Source of the DNA: an uncultured archaeon
GTDB taxonomy: Archaea; Thermoproteota; Nitrososphaeria; JACIWG01
Direction of reading: 5' to 3'
Assembly: GCA_938034445.1 (NCBI GenBank)
Contig: CALHLD010000001.1
Location: 840 to 64,839 of the forward strand
DNA length: 64,000 bases
Within the stretch, counting starts at the first letter, position 1. Each line of letters begins with the position of its first letter. Below the pieces are notes generated by a model that worked only from the letters and a program-made list of their open reading frames with translations, was not told the origin of the DNA and made no database searches. A program made the translations under genes and the position numbers. This document shows positions 1-10,400 of this stretch, piece by piece.

Positions 1-2
1 CT

Positions 3-311
3 TTGACATTATTACTTTCGCCATTAACGGTTATCAATATACCTACTTTTGAAAGTCAATCAAACGTTCTTCAAATAGAATTCTTAGGCTACCTTAACTC
101 TGACAAATATACTATAATACTTTTGAAGAACAACAGTTTTCTTGAACATAATATTTCAAAACTTATTTTAAACAATATGGAATATTTTTTGCCTCAACCC
201 TTATGCCTAAAACCATATGAGGCTACTATAATGTTTTTGCCAGCGAATATATCGCAACTATATTATCTAACTTTAGTAAGTGAGTTTGGAGAAAATTTTA
301 GGGTGGTATAG
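3..311 (+). CDS. 3' fragment of an uncharacterised, probably surface-exposed protein (5' end outside window)
   Basis: Frame open from window edge; stop directly abuts next ORF; N/L/I-rich with N-x-S/T sequons; no family recognised. Confidence 0.3.
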   Translation: MTLLLSPLTVINIPTFESQSNVLQIEFLGYLNSDKYTIILLKNNSFLEHNISKLILNNMEYFLPQPLCLKPYEATIMFLPANISQLYYLTLVSEFGENFRVV

Positions 312-716
312 TTGGCTAAAGCATTATCCTCTGCAACAACACCACTGATAATATTAACATTAACTATCATAACATCAACAATACTATACTCAACTTACAC
401 ACAAACGTTTGGCAGCATAACATATTCTCCAGAAACAGTATACAACATTGAAATATTACAAACAGTAAATGGTTCAACATCACAACTTATACTCTACAAC
501 CCAAACCCAGTATCAATAAAAATAACGGAAACCCTACTAGAAAACGACAGCACACCCTTTACCCTAAAATATTCAAACATGAGCATATGCAAAGAAAACA
601 CTATACCACCAAACTCAGTAGCCATACTCGAAATAAGAAAACCAATAGACAAACAAAAAACCATATACCTAAAATCAGACAAAAAAATCATAGCATACTA
701 CACAAAGGGGCAATAA
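312..716 (+). CDS. Putative archaeal type IV pilin-like protein (class III signal peptide)
   Basis: N-terminus MAKA|LSSATTPLIILTLTIITSTILY: short charged leader, K-A-L-S prepilin-peptidase-type site, single hydrophobic helix. Remainder T/N/S-rich with several N-x-S/T sequons. TTG start immediately after preceding stop. Confidence 0.4.
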   Translation: MAKALSSATTPLIILTLTIITSTILYSTYTQTFGSITYSPETVYNIEILQTVNGSTSQLILYNPNPVSIKITETLLENDSTPFTLKYSNMSICKENTIPPNSVAILEIRKPIDKQKTIYLKSDKKIIAYYTKGQ

Positions 717-902
717 ATGACACAAAACATAAACGAAACAATAACACTCTACCTAGGACTACTTACAGCAACAATACTCCTAATAATATACGAAAAAATA
801 AACACTACAACAGCAGCAATCATCACATTCATACTAACCTCAATAACAATACTAAACTACATAAAAATTTTTATATACAACAAAAAAGAGAAAAAAAGAT
901 AA
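717..902 (+). CDS. Small membrane protein (two predicted TM helices)
   Basis: ATG directly follows previous TAA; two hydrophobic stretches (LYLGLLTATILLIIY, AAIITFILTSITILNYI) and a K-rich tail; same G-poor coding strand as 312..716. Confidence 0.35.
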   Translation: MTQNINETITLYLGLLTATILLIIYEKINTTTAAIITFILTSITILNYIKIFIYNKKEKKR

Positions 903-934
903 TTATGGGCAAAATATAGCCCAAAGCGAGAAAA

Positions 935-1008
935 GGGCCTGTAGCTCAGCCAGGTAGAGTATCGGGCTTTTAACCCGAGGGTCCCGGGTCCGAATCCCGG
1001 CAGGCCCG
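935..1008 (+). tRNA. tRNA-Lys (anticodon UUU)
   Basis: Hand-folded cloverleaf: acceptor GGGCCUG/CAGGCCC, D stem GCUC/GAGU, anticodon stem UCGGG/CCCGA with loop CUUUUAA, T stem CCGGG/CCCGG, discriminator G. CCA not encoded. GC-rich island in AT-rich context. Confidence 0.9.
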
Positions 1009-1186
1009 CATCAACATCCAATTTTCATATCACAAGTTATAGGATAAAGGTTGCCATTATGTAATCTTAAAATTTTGTGTCAAACAAACTATATGGCAGA
1101 AAAAAGCTGAACAAGTTTAAAAACTATTTTTCTAGCTTAGATATTAGAATTTTTTTTAAAAAAAAGAAAAGGGGGGTTTTTATAAT

Positions 1187-2632
1187 CTATATTTTTATTC
1201 CAAAGAAGTTATTTAGTACAAATGCTACAAATATTATTGTATAGAAGATAAGTCCAACGACAATAACAAGGATCTCCCACCATTTCATTCTATACTCTTT
1301 TGGAAGTAGCACAAAATTTACTCCAAGAAGTCCAATATAGCAGAAGACGCCAATAAGGTTAGCAAAAGCTCCAGCCAACACAGCCTGCCATGCAGGCTGT
1401 ACTCCAACGAACATCAGAATAATCCATATAACAGAGAGTACAGCTAATATGGTGTAATAGAGTTTCTTAGCGTCACCCTTAAACCTCTTCTCAAGGCTTG
1501 GGAACGCTGTCCACCAAATGTTTGTAAACTCTCTTGGAAGCTGGTCGACAACATTGACTGTGTTTGTAATATACAGTGCAAGTAGCAATATTGTCATTAA
1601 AACAACCAATGCAGGAATTGGCATATAGTTTGCTAATGCTACAGGGAAAGCCCAGCCACTAGGTATTTCCGCACCCCTTGGTACAAGATGATAGGCTAAT
1701 GCTACAGGGAACCATAAGGTTATGAAGCTTCCGAAGAAGAAGACAATCCATAGCTCTAGATGCACATACTTCATCCACCCATTGTATCTCCTAACATTTT
1801 CTGGGTCTGTTTTTGGCAAGTATCCTTTACTCAAAAATGGTACTGCCTTACCTCCAACAACAGCTGGAATGAAACCAGTCTTCTTTGTCATACCCCATTC
1901 TGTATCCCTATAATAGTTGGTCATCATTATAGCATTTGCAGCATAATTTCCAGCATATCCCGCTATTGCAGCAATGATAGCCCAGTTGACACCAGAAGGC
2001 AAGGATCCAAATGCAAAAAATCCTGCAAAAACCTCGAACAGCACATTTGCTGGCACTATTAAGAGTGTAAGTATAACGATTATGCCAACCTCAACAACCA
2101 CGTCCCACCATGAAAGCAATCCTAGCGTCTTCTGTATTTTCTCACCAAACAATAATGGCGCGATTCCTATAAGTAGGCCTACAACACCTAACGCACCAAC
2201 AAGATACTGTTCAGGCGCCTCTGGAGGTCTACCAAGTGCTATATACGCAAATGTCGTTCCTGTTAAAACCATGTAATATGGCCACATTAATCTAACAAAG
2301 TCCGAAATCGTCCAGATTATGGCCCAAGCCTTCTTTCCAATCCAAAGTCTTGAAATACCACTTATTAGTGGTTCTCCTGTGGCCATCGTATATCTTGTTC
2401 CAGCTATACCACTTACTGTTTGGAAAAATATTGAAATTAGTGCAAACCATAGTATTGTAGGTCCATATGACAAGATTGCTAGAGGTCCAGATATAACTTC
2501 TCCTGTTCCTATTCCAACTGAAACGGAAATTATTGCCGGTCCTATAAGAAATCCTATTATGTCTCTGAATCTTGTAACTTTAAAAGGTTCTGGTATATCT
2601 TCTACTCCCCTAAACTCTTTATCGGTGGACAT
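1187..2632 (-). CDS. Nramp-related (APC/LeuT-fold) membrane transporter with non-canonical metal-site motifs
   Basis: 481 aa, about 11-12 hydrophobic segments. N-terminal region GPAIISVSVGIGTGEVISGP...YGPTILWFALISIFFQTVSGIAGTRYTMATGEPL parallels Nramp TM1-TM2 (GPA..S....DPGN....G...GY.LLW....Q....G...G..L), but DPGN is GTGE and no MPH motif is seen. Confidence 0.55.
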   Translation of the reverse strand: MSTDKEFRGVEDIPEPFKVTRFRDIIGFLIGPAIISVSVGIGTGEVISGPLAILSYGPTILWFALISIFFQTVSGIAGTRYTMATGEPLISGISRLWIGKKAWAIIWTISDFVRLMWPYYMVLTGTTFAYIALGRPPEAPEQYLVGALGVVGLLIGIAPLLFGEKIQKTLGLLSWWDVVVEVGIIVILTLLIVPANVLFEVFAGFFAFGSLPSGVNWAIIAAIAGYAGNYAANAIMMTNYYRDTEWGMTKKTGFIPAVVGGKAVPFLSKGYLPKTDPENVRRYNGWMKYVHLELWIVFFFGSFITLWFPVALAYHLVPRGAEIPSGWAFPVALANYMPIPALVVLMTILLLALYITNTVNVVDQLPREFTNIWWTAFPSLEKRFKGDAKKLYYTILAVLSVIWIILMFVGVQPAWQAVLAGAFANLIGVFCYIGLLGVNFVLLPKEYRMKWWEILVIVVGLIFYTIIFVAFVLNNFFGIKI

Positions 2633-2825
2633 TTGTCACCGTATCAAATTTTTACGGAAATCACTATTTAAATTTATTGTTAACATTATTAATTTGTAAA
2701 TTTTTTAATAATTTTAGCAAAGAATTTCTTTTTTATAAAACGTATAAAAGTGGTGTATTCTAAAGTGTGATCATAGCAATAAGTCTTAAAAGCATTATAC
2801 GCTATTATCTTTATCGTGGTAGCGG

Positions 2826-3617
2826 ATGTCATTGGATGTCGAGTTCATTTGTAAAGGTGGTTTTGGTAGTGAAGCTGAAATCGATGTCGAGTTAAGACGT
2901 GTTTTTCCAGGTATTGGTGGAACCATATACACTTACCAGGCTATACCTGTTGCCTTTAGGAGGGAATTTTCTTCTTCACCAAATGTTGGACATAGACTTT
3001 TTCTTAAGCATGCTATAATCAAGAAGCTTGAAGACTATTTTTTTAGGAAGGGTGTCTACCATTACGCTCACGTTACCCGTCCTTTGGGTTCCACGTCAGA
3101 GGGATACATTTATGAGTGGGCTTTTGGTAGTGATGTCTTTCCATGGTACTATTCTGATGATTCTGGAGAAAGTATTCCAGTAGAGCTCGATGATTGGAGA
3201 GCCTTTGTTGAAGCGTTTGAAAGTGCTGGTATCGATTTGAGAAAGGACTGTGCTGACCCAGACAATGGTCGTCTTTCACAGAATATAATTCACCAGTTTC
3301 CCTATGGTGCTAGTGTTAGTAAACCTAAGCTTAATAGGCTTTGGAAGAGGATCGATTTCGGTGACAAGAGTGTTTCAATAGATTTTGACCGTCTCCTCTC
3401 ATTCCTTGAAAGGTATGAGGATGATATGAGGGAAAATCTTAGAATTGGAAGGTTTGATATGATAAAACTTTCATGCAAATATCTTCTTTACGGTGATAGA
3501 ATGGATCCTAAAGAATTTGGTGAGCTCACGATGCTTGTTAGAGACTATAGACTTTCAACTTTATCGCATCTTAATACTAGGGGTGTGGAAAGTTCTGGCG
3601 CTGTTAAACTCTTCTAA
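2826..3617 (+). CDS. Uncharacterised protein with protein-kinase-like motif order
   Basis: 263-aa clean ORF. Motifs GGFGSEAE (G-loop-like), YIYEWAFG (hinge-like), RLSQNIIH (catalytic-loop-like) and KRIDFGD (DFG) occur in the order expected for a kinase-like fold. Confidence 0.5.
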   Translation: MSLDVEFICKGGFGSEAEIDVELRRVFPGIGGTIYTYQAIPVAFRREFSSSPNVGHRLFLKHAIIKKLEDYFFRKGVYHYAHVTRPLGSTSEGYIYEWAFGSDVFPWYYSDDSGESIPVELDDWRAFVEAFESAGIDLRKDCADPDNGRLSQNIIHQFPYGASVSKPKLNRLWKRIDFGDKSVSIDFDRLLSFLERYEDDMRENLRIGRFDMIKLSCKYLLYGDRMDPKEFGELTMLVRDYRLSTLSHLNTRGVESSGAVKLF

Positions 3618-3787
3618 CTTATCACCTACTGTACTGTACATTATAGTCTAATCTGTATAGTTTATTCGGTGTTCTCTGATGTCAATGAAAAGGTTATGGT
3701 AATGTTTAAATAACCGTCATTTTAGGGTTTTTTAGGCGTTTATTATGACAGTTTTTTGTCAAGTAACTGTTATAGAGGTGTTCTTCT

Positions 3788-4045
3788 ATGGATAAGAAGA
3801 CTTCTCAGAAAGAATTTTCTATACTGGACCACTTTCTTGTTCCAAAGCATGAAATTCTTTCTCCAGAGGAAGCTAAAAATGTTTTAGAAACATATCGTGT
3901 TAAGCCGCATCAACTTCCCTACATTTTGTCATCCGATCCTGTAGTTAAGGTGTTAGGTGCTAAGCCGGGTGACATAATAAAGATTACTAGGAAGAGTGAT
4001 GTTGCTGGTGTATCATACTATTACAGGTACGTTATTGAGGGGTGA
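3788..4045 (+). CDS. rpoH: DNA-directed RNA polymerase subunit H (Rpo5/Rpb5 homologue)
   Basis: 85 aa; [56 protein letters not shown] matches the RpoH consensus; directly upstream of and overlapping rpoB. Confidence 0.9.
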   Translation: MDKKTSQKEFSILDHFLVPKHEILSPEEAKNVLETYRVKPHQLPYILSSDPVVKVLGAKPGDIIKITRKSDVAGVSYYYRYVIEG

Positions 4046-7000
4046 AAATGGTTTTGGTTGAAAAGAAGGCTTCAGATTTTTGGCCTCTGCTGAAAGCTAT
4101 TATTGAAGAAGAGGGTGTTGCGAGGCAGCATATTAACTCCTATAACGAGTTTGTAAGATATGGTTTACAGGCTATTGTCGACGAAGTTGGGAAGATTGAT
4201 GTTGAAACATTAACGAACCCTTATACGGTGGAATTTGGTAAAATACGTGTAGGCTTCCCCCGTGTTACAGAGCATGATGCTTCAAAAACTCTTGTAACAC
4301 CCATGGAAGCTAGAATGAGAAATCTAACATATTCTGCTCCAATAGAATTGGAGATGAAGATTGTCCAAAATGGTATAGTAACGGACTCGCAATACCTATA
4401 CATTGGAGACCTTCCGGTAATGGTTAAGTCAGACCTATGCTCTCTATCTAAAAAGTCTATAGATGAGCTTATTGAAGAAGGTGAAGACTACCTTGATCCA
4501 GGAGGATATTTTATAATAAATGGTTCTGAACGTGTTATCGTTGGATTAGAAGATCTTGCACCAAACAAAATGCTTGTCGAAGTTAAAAAGCAGGGTGGTG
4601 CAACATTATATAATGTAACAGTCTACTCTTCTGTAATAGGCTACCGTTCTAAGCTTGAAATTTCAATGCACCAGGATGGTGTAATATATGCTCGCTTCTC
4701 TAATCTTCCAACAGACATTCCTGTTGTTGTTCTGATGCGTGCTCTAGGATTGGAATCGGATAGAGAAATAGTTGAAGCTGTCTCACTTAAGCCTGAAATA
4801 CAGGATCTTCTTGGACCCACCTTTGATAAATGTGCTGAAGTTGTTACTGCAAATGATGCGCTAGTATATATTGGAAATAGGGTTGCTCACGGTCTTCAGG
4901 AAGAATATCGTGTTAAACGTGCTGAAAATGTTCTGGATTGGGGTCTATTGCCTCATCTTGGAAAGAATCCTGAAGATAGACTAAGTAAGGCTCTGTTTAT
5001 TGGTGAAGCTGTATGTAAGCTTCTAGAATATAAGCTTGGATGGATTCATGCTGACGATAAAGACCATTATGGAAATAAGGTTATAAGATTGGCTGGACAG
5101 CTTCTCGCAGACCTTTTCAGGACATGCTTTAGGAACCTTGTTAAGGACATGAAGTATCAGCTTGAACATTCTGGCCAAAAGCGTGGTATTGGTGTAGTAA
5201 ATGTAGCCATAAGACCGGGAATTATAACTGATAAGCTGAGGAATGCTATTGCTACGGGAAATTGGGGTAGGGGTAAGGTTGGTATAACACAGCTCTTGGA
5301 TAGGACAAACTATCTTTCTACAATAAGCCATCTTAGAAGAATTCAGTCACCACTTTCAAGAAGTCAGCCTAACTTTGAAGCAAGAGATCTTCATCCTACA
5401 CATTTTGGAAGGGTCTGCCCATGTGAAACTCCTGAAGGTTCAAACTGTGGTCTTGTTAAGAATCTCGCCCTTTCAGCAATAATTTCTGTAGCCTCAGATC
5501 CTAAAGAGATAATGAACATTATTACACAAATTGGATTAATACCCTACAAGGATGCTCCAAGAGAGGTTAAGATGAATGGTGCTAGGGTGTTCTTGGATGG
5601 TGGTGTTGTAGGCTATGTTATAGACCCAGAAGGGTTCTGTAAAGAGTTTAGGAACATGAGAAGGATCGGGCTTATTCCCAGTGATGTAAGCATTTACCTT
5701 AAGGTTCCACCTAACCCGAATGCTGAAACAAGAATATACATTAACACTTACGCTGGAAGGGTTCTTAGGCCTTTGATCATAGTAAAGGATGGTGTTCCAC
5801 AGCTGAGAAAGGAGGATATGGACCTTGTAATAAAGGATAAGATGTCGTGGAGGGAGCTTTTAAAGAGAGGTGAGCTTGAGCTTATTGATGCTAACGAGGA
5901 AGAAAACTGTTATATTGCAACAAGCATTTACGAGCTCACACCAGAACATACCCACTTAGAAATTTCTATGACTGGAATGCTTGGTGCTGTAGCCTCAATA
6001 ATACCTTACGCAGAACATAATCAGTCACCAAGAAACACTTATGAGAGTGCTATGGCTAAGCAGGCTCTTGGTTTTCCAACACCAGTTTACAAACATTTAA
6101 TGAATGTTAGGTCACATCTTCTTTTGTATCCTCAGACTCCGATGGTTACTACAGGCTCTTTTGAAATGCTTAATCTGGATAAGAGGCCTATTGGCCAAAA
6201 TGCCGTTGTAGCAGTTCTCTCCTACGACTGCTATAATATTGAGGATGCTATTGTATTGAATAGGGCTTCTGTGGAAAGAGGGTTTGGTAGAACCTTCTTC
6301 TTCAGACTTTATGAGGCTGAAGCTCAACTTTACCTTGGTGGGATGAAGGATAGGTTTGAAATACCTAACCCCGACTCTAATGTTAAAGGGTATAGGGGTG
6401 ACAAATTCTATAGACTTCTTGAACCTGATGGTGTAGTCTTCCCAGAAGCAAATGTTTCGGGCGGTGATGTTCTGATTGGAAAAGTGAGTCCTCCCAGGTT
6501 TACTGAAGAATATCGTGAAATTGAAGCTGGAGGCCCATACATGCGTGATACTTCTGTAGCGGTCCGTCCATCTGAAACAGGTGTGGTTGACTCCGTCATT
6601 ATGTCAATTAATGTCGAAGGCGGTAAAATGTATAAGGTTAAGGTTAGAGACCTTCGTATACCAGAATTGGGTGACAAGTTTGCTTCAAGACATGGTCAGA
6701 AGGGTGTTGTCGGCTTACTTGCCAACCCAGAGGATCTGCCCTACACCGAAGATGGAATCGTCCCCGACCTAATAATAAACCCACATGCTTTTCCATCAAG
6801 AATGACTGTTGGACAGTTTATAGAATCTATTGCAGGTAAGGTTGGCGCCCTCAGGGGTAAGCCTGTTGACGGAACAACATTCTGTGGAGAAACGGTAGCC
6901 TCACTTGAAAGGCAGCTTGAAGAATTTGGTTTCGTTAAGACTGGTAAGGAAGTAATGTATGATGGCAAAACTGGTGAAAGATATGTTGCCGACATATTCG

Positions 7001-7407
7001 TAGGCGTAGTCTATTATCAGAAGCTACATCATATGGTTGCCGACAAGATTCACGCTAGAGCTAGGGGGCAGGTTCAGATGTTAACTAAACAGCCTACAGA
7101 AGGGCGTTCAAGAGGTGGTGGTCTAAGGTTTGGTGAAATGGAACGTGACTGTCTAATCGCCTATGGAACATCAATGGTTTTAAAGGATAGGCTATTAGAT
7201 GAGTCCGACAAGACTGATGTTCACGTATGTGAAAACTGTGGGCTGATAGCATATTTTGACGCTAAAACTAGAAAGTATACTTGCAGGGTTTGTGGCACTA
7301 ACGCAAAGATAGCCACGGTTTCCATGGCATATGCTTTCAAATTGCTTGTACAGGAAATGATGAGTTTGAACATATTACCTCGCCTGATTTTAAAGGATAA
7401 GATTTGA
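4042..7407 (+). CDS. rpoB: DNA-directed RNA polymerase subunit B (unsplit)
   Basis: 1121 aa with Rpb2 signatures ([42 protein letters not shown]-terminal Zn ribbon CENCG...CRVCG). Start may be the ATG at 4048 rather than the GTG at 4042. Confidence 0.97.
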   Translation: MKMVLVEKKASDFWPLLKAIIEEEGVARQHINSYNEFVRYGLQAIVDEVGKIDVETLTNPYTVEFGKIRVGFPRVTEHDASKTLVTPMEARMRNLTYSAPIELEMKIVQNGIVTDSQYLYIGDLPVMVKSDLCSLSKKSIDELIEEGEDYLDPGGYFIINGSERVIVGLEDLAPNKMLVEVKKQGGATLYNVTVYSSVIGYRSKLEISMHQDGVIYARFSNLPTDIPVVVLMRALGLESDREIVEAVSLKPEIQDLLGPTFDKCAEVVTANDALVYIGNRVAHGLQEEYRVKRAENVLDWGLLPHLGKNPEDRLSKALFIGEAVCKLLEYKLGWIHADDKDHYGNKVIRLAGQLLADLFRTCFRNLVKDMKYQLEHSGQKRGIGVVNVAIRPGIITDKLRNAIATGNWGRGKVGITQLLDRTNYLSTISHLRRIQSPLSRSQPNFEARDLHPTHFGRVCPCETPEGSNCGLVKNLALSAIISVASDPKEIMNIITQIGLIPYKDAPREVKMNGARVFLDGGVVGYVIDPEGFCKEFRNMRRIGLIPSDVSIYLKVPPNPNAETRIYINTYAGRVLRPLIIVKDGVPQLRKEDMDLVIKDKMSWRELLKRGELELIDANEEENCYIATSIYELTPEHTHLEISMTGMLGAVASIIPYAEHNQSPRNTYESAMAKQALGFPTPVYKHLMNVRSHLLLYPQTPMVTTGSFEMLNLDKRPIGQNAVVAVLSYDCYNIEDAIVLNRASVERGFGRTFFFRLYEAEAQLYLGGMKDRFEIPNPDSNVKGYRGDKFYRLLEPDGVVFPEANVSGGDVLIGKVSPPRFTEEYREIEAGGPYMRDTSVAVRPSETGVVDSVIMSINVEGGKMYKVKVRDLRIPELGDKFASRHGQKGVVGLLANPEDLPYTEDGIVPDLIINPHAFPSRMTVGQFIESIAGKVGALRGKPVDGTTFCGETVASLERQLEEFGFVKTGKEVMYDGKTGERYVADIFVGVVYYQKLHHMVADKIHARARGQVQMLTKQPTEGRSRGGGLRFGEMERDCLIAYGTSMVLKDRLLDESDKTDVHVCENCGLIAYFDAKTRKYTCRVCGTNAKIATVSMAYAFKLLVQEMMSLNILPRLILKDKI

Positions 7408-7408
7408 G

Positions 7409-10400
7409 GTGGATATGAAAATGTCTGTTCAAGAAATTCAGAAAAATATTGGTGGAATAAAGTTTTCTGTCTTCTCTCCACAACTTATTAGGGCTTATAG
7501 TGTTGTAGAAATCACAGCTCCAGAAACTTACGATAGAGATGGTTTACCTGTTCCTGGAGGATTAATGGACCCGAGGCTTGGAACACTTGAACCTGGGCAA
7601 AAGTGTGCTACATGCGGTAATACTTCAGCAAAATGTCCAGGCCACTTTGGGCACATTGAGTTAGCGGAGCCTATAATACATGTGGCGTTTGTAGACGACA
7701 TCTACGCCATACTGCAGTCTACTTGTAGGGTTTGTCATAAGCTAATATTAAGTGATGAAGCTATTAACGAATATAAAAAGATTTTAGAAGACAGAAAATA
7801 TGTTACCCCTGAAGTTTATGAAAATATTTCTAGAGAAATTAAGTCTAAAGCTAAAAAGGTTAGACAATGTCCACATTGTGGTAGTGTAAAATATGAGATT
7901 CAGCTTGTCAAGCCTACTACATTCTATGAAATAAGGGAAGAGGGTCCATCACGTCTTCTCGCGAGCTCGATTAGAGCATGGCTTGAGGATATAAACGATA
8001 AAAATCTCATATTGTTAGGATATGATCTTGAAAGGGTGAGGCCTGAATGGTTTGTTTTACAAGTTCTGCCTGTACCGCCTGTTACAGTACGTCCTTCAAT
8101 CATACTTGAGACTGGAATACGTTCTGAAGATGATTTAACACACAAGCTTGTCGACATTCTTAGAACTAATCAAAGGGTTAAGGAGAGTAAGGAGTCGGGT
8201 TCACCCCCTCTTATAGTCCAAGACCTTGTAGACCTTGTGCAGTACCATGTTACAACATATTTTGATAATGAGGTAAGTGGTATTCCACAAGCTCACCACC
8301 GTTCAGGTCGTCCTCTAAGAACTTTAAGCCAGAGGCTTAAGGGTAAAGAGGGTAGGTTTAGAGGAAACCTTTCAGGAAAGCGTGTTGACTTTTCAAGTAG
8401 GACTGTCATCTCTCCTGACCCGAACCTTGACATAAATGAAGTGGGCATTCCTATAGAGGTTGCTAAAAAGCTTACAATTCCAGAGAAGGTTACAAACTGG
8501 AACATTGAAAGGCTAAGACAACTTGTTATTAATGGTGACAATTATCCTGGTGCAAACTATATCATAAGACCTGATGGTGTAAAGATTAGATTAGATTATG
8601 TTCAAGATAGGAAGGCTGTTGCCGCCGCATTAGCCCCAGGATATATTGTCGAAAGACACCTTGTTGACGGTGACATAGTACTATTTAACAGACAACCTTC
8701 ACTTCATAGAATGTCGATTATGGCTCATCATGCTAAAGTTTTACCTGGTAGAACGTTCAGACTTCATCCTGCAGTTTGTCCACCATATAATGCTGACTTC
8801 GATGGCGATGAAATGAACCTTCACGTTCCACAGGGTGAGGAAGCTAGATGTGAAGCTGAACTCTTAATGAGGGTTCAAGATCAGATTCTCTCGCCAAGAT
8901 ATGGTGGACCAATTATTGGTGCAATAAGAGATTTCCTTACAGGAGCATACCTTCTAACAAAAGATGATACATATCTTACAAAAGAAGAGTTTACTAATCT
9001 TGCAAACATCGGAGGATTTACTGGTCCACTACCTGAGCCTGCAATAAAGGAGCCAAAAGAACTTTATCTAGGAAAACAACTCTTCTCACTGTTTCTTTCA
9101 AAAGGTTTCAATTACACCCTTAGAGCAAGCTGGCGTGGAAAACAGGTTGTTATAAAGGATGGTGTGCTTGTTTCCGGTGTTATCGACAAGGCATCAATTG
9201 GCGCAGAAAAGCCTGACAGTATCCTTCATAGGATTGTCAAAGAATATGGTAGTGACGTTGCAAGAAACTTTTTGAACTCAATCTTTAGGGTTATTAAGGC
9301 ATATATTACATCAAAAGGTTTCACCATAGGATATGATGACTTTTGGCTTCCACCAAGTGCTAGAAAGGCTGTAAACCAAGCAATTGCTGAAGCCTACGAT
9401 CGCATAAAGGAACTTCAGAGGCAGTATGAAGAGGGTACCTTACCTCTAATGAGAGGTCTTTCTCCCGAAGAAGCTTTGGAGCTTTACATAGTTAACGAAC
9501 TTTCTAAAGCTCGTGATGACGCTGGAAAGGTTGCTGAAAAACACTTGAGTGACGATAATAGTGCTGTTATAATGGCTAGAACGGGTGCAAGAGGCTCACC
9601 ACTTAATATCGGCCATATGGCTGCAGCTTTAGGACAACAGTCTATACGTGGAAAACGAATAATGAGAGGATATGAAAACAGGGTCTTATGCCACTTTAAA
9701 CCAAATGACCCTAATCCCGATGCAAGAGGCTTTATAAAATCAAATTATAGGGACGGCCTTAATCCACTAGAATTCTTTTTCCACGCCATGGGTGGCAGGG
9801 AAGGTCTAGTCGATACGGCTGTAAGGACTCAACAAAGTGGGTATATGCAGAGGCGTTTGGTTAACGCTATGGAACATCTTAGAGTTGAATATGACCGGAC
9901 TGTCAGAGATCCAGAGGGTGCAATAATACAATTCCTTTATGGTGAAGATGGTGTGGATCCATCTAAGAGTGACCATGGTAAAGCTGTTAATGTTCAAAGA
10001 CTTATTGAAGCAGAACAGCTTGTTGCACAAGGAAAGCCGATTGAACCTGATGAGCTTGAAAACCTACTTAAAGAGTATGCTCATAAGCTCAATCCTAAAC
10101 TGGTTCAGGAATTGAAGACTTCTTTGAGTAAATCGAAGCTTCCTAAACCTAATGTAGAGAATGTGCTAAAGAGGACTGTAGAACTTTTTGAACAAGCTTT
10201 AATTGAACCTGGTGAAGCTGTAGGTGTTGTCGCAGCCCAATCTATAGGTGAGCCAAGTACTCAGATGACTTTAAGAACCTTCCACTTTGCAGGTGTTAGA
10301 GAAAGAGATATCACTTTAGGTCTACCAAGACTTATTGAGCTTGTAGACGCTAGAAGGCAACCATCTACACCTGCAATGGACATATACTTGCTCCCAGAAT

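Noticed and set aside
587-919. 110-aa ORF rich in K/N/T/H/R overlapping ORFs 312..716 and 717..902 in another frame
   Set aside because: It is a by-product of the extreme A-richness of this stretch. Its low-complexity basic sequence has no hydrophobic core, and the two in-phase abutting ORFs explain the region better.
903-1186. Possibility that the pilin-like genes belong to an element integrated at tRNA-Lys
   Set aside because: There is no integrase, and I found no direct repeat of the tRNA 3' half in the window. The left boundary is outside the window, so composition alone is insufficient.
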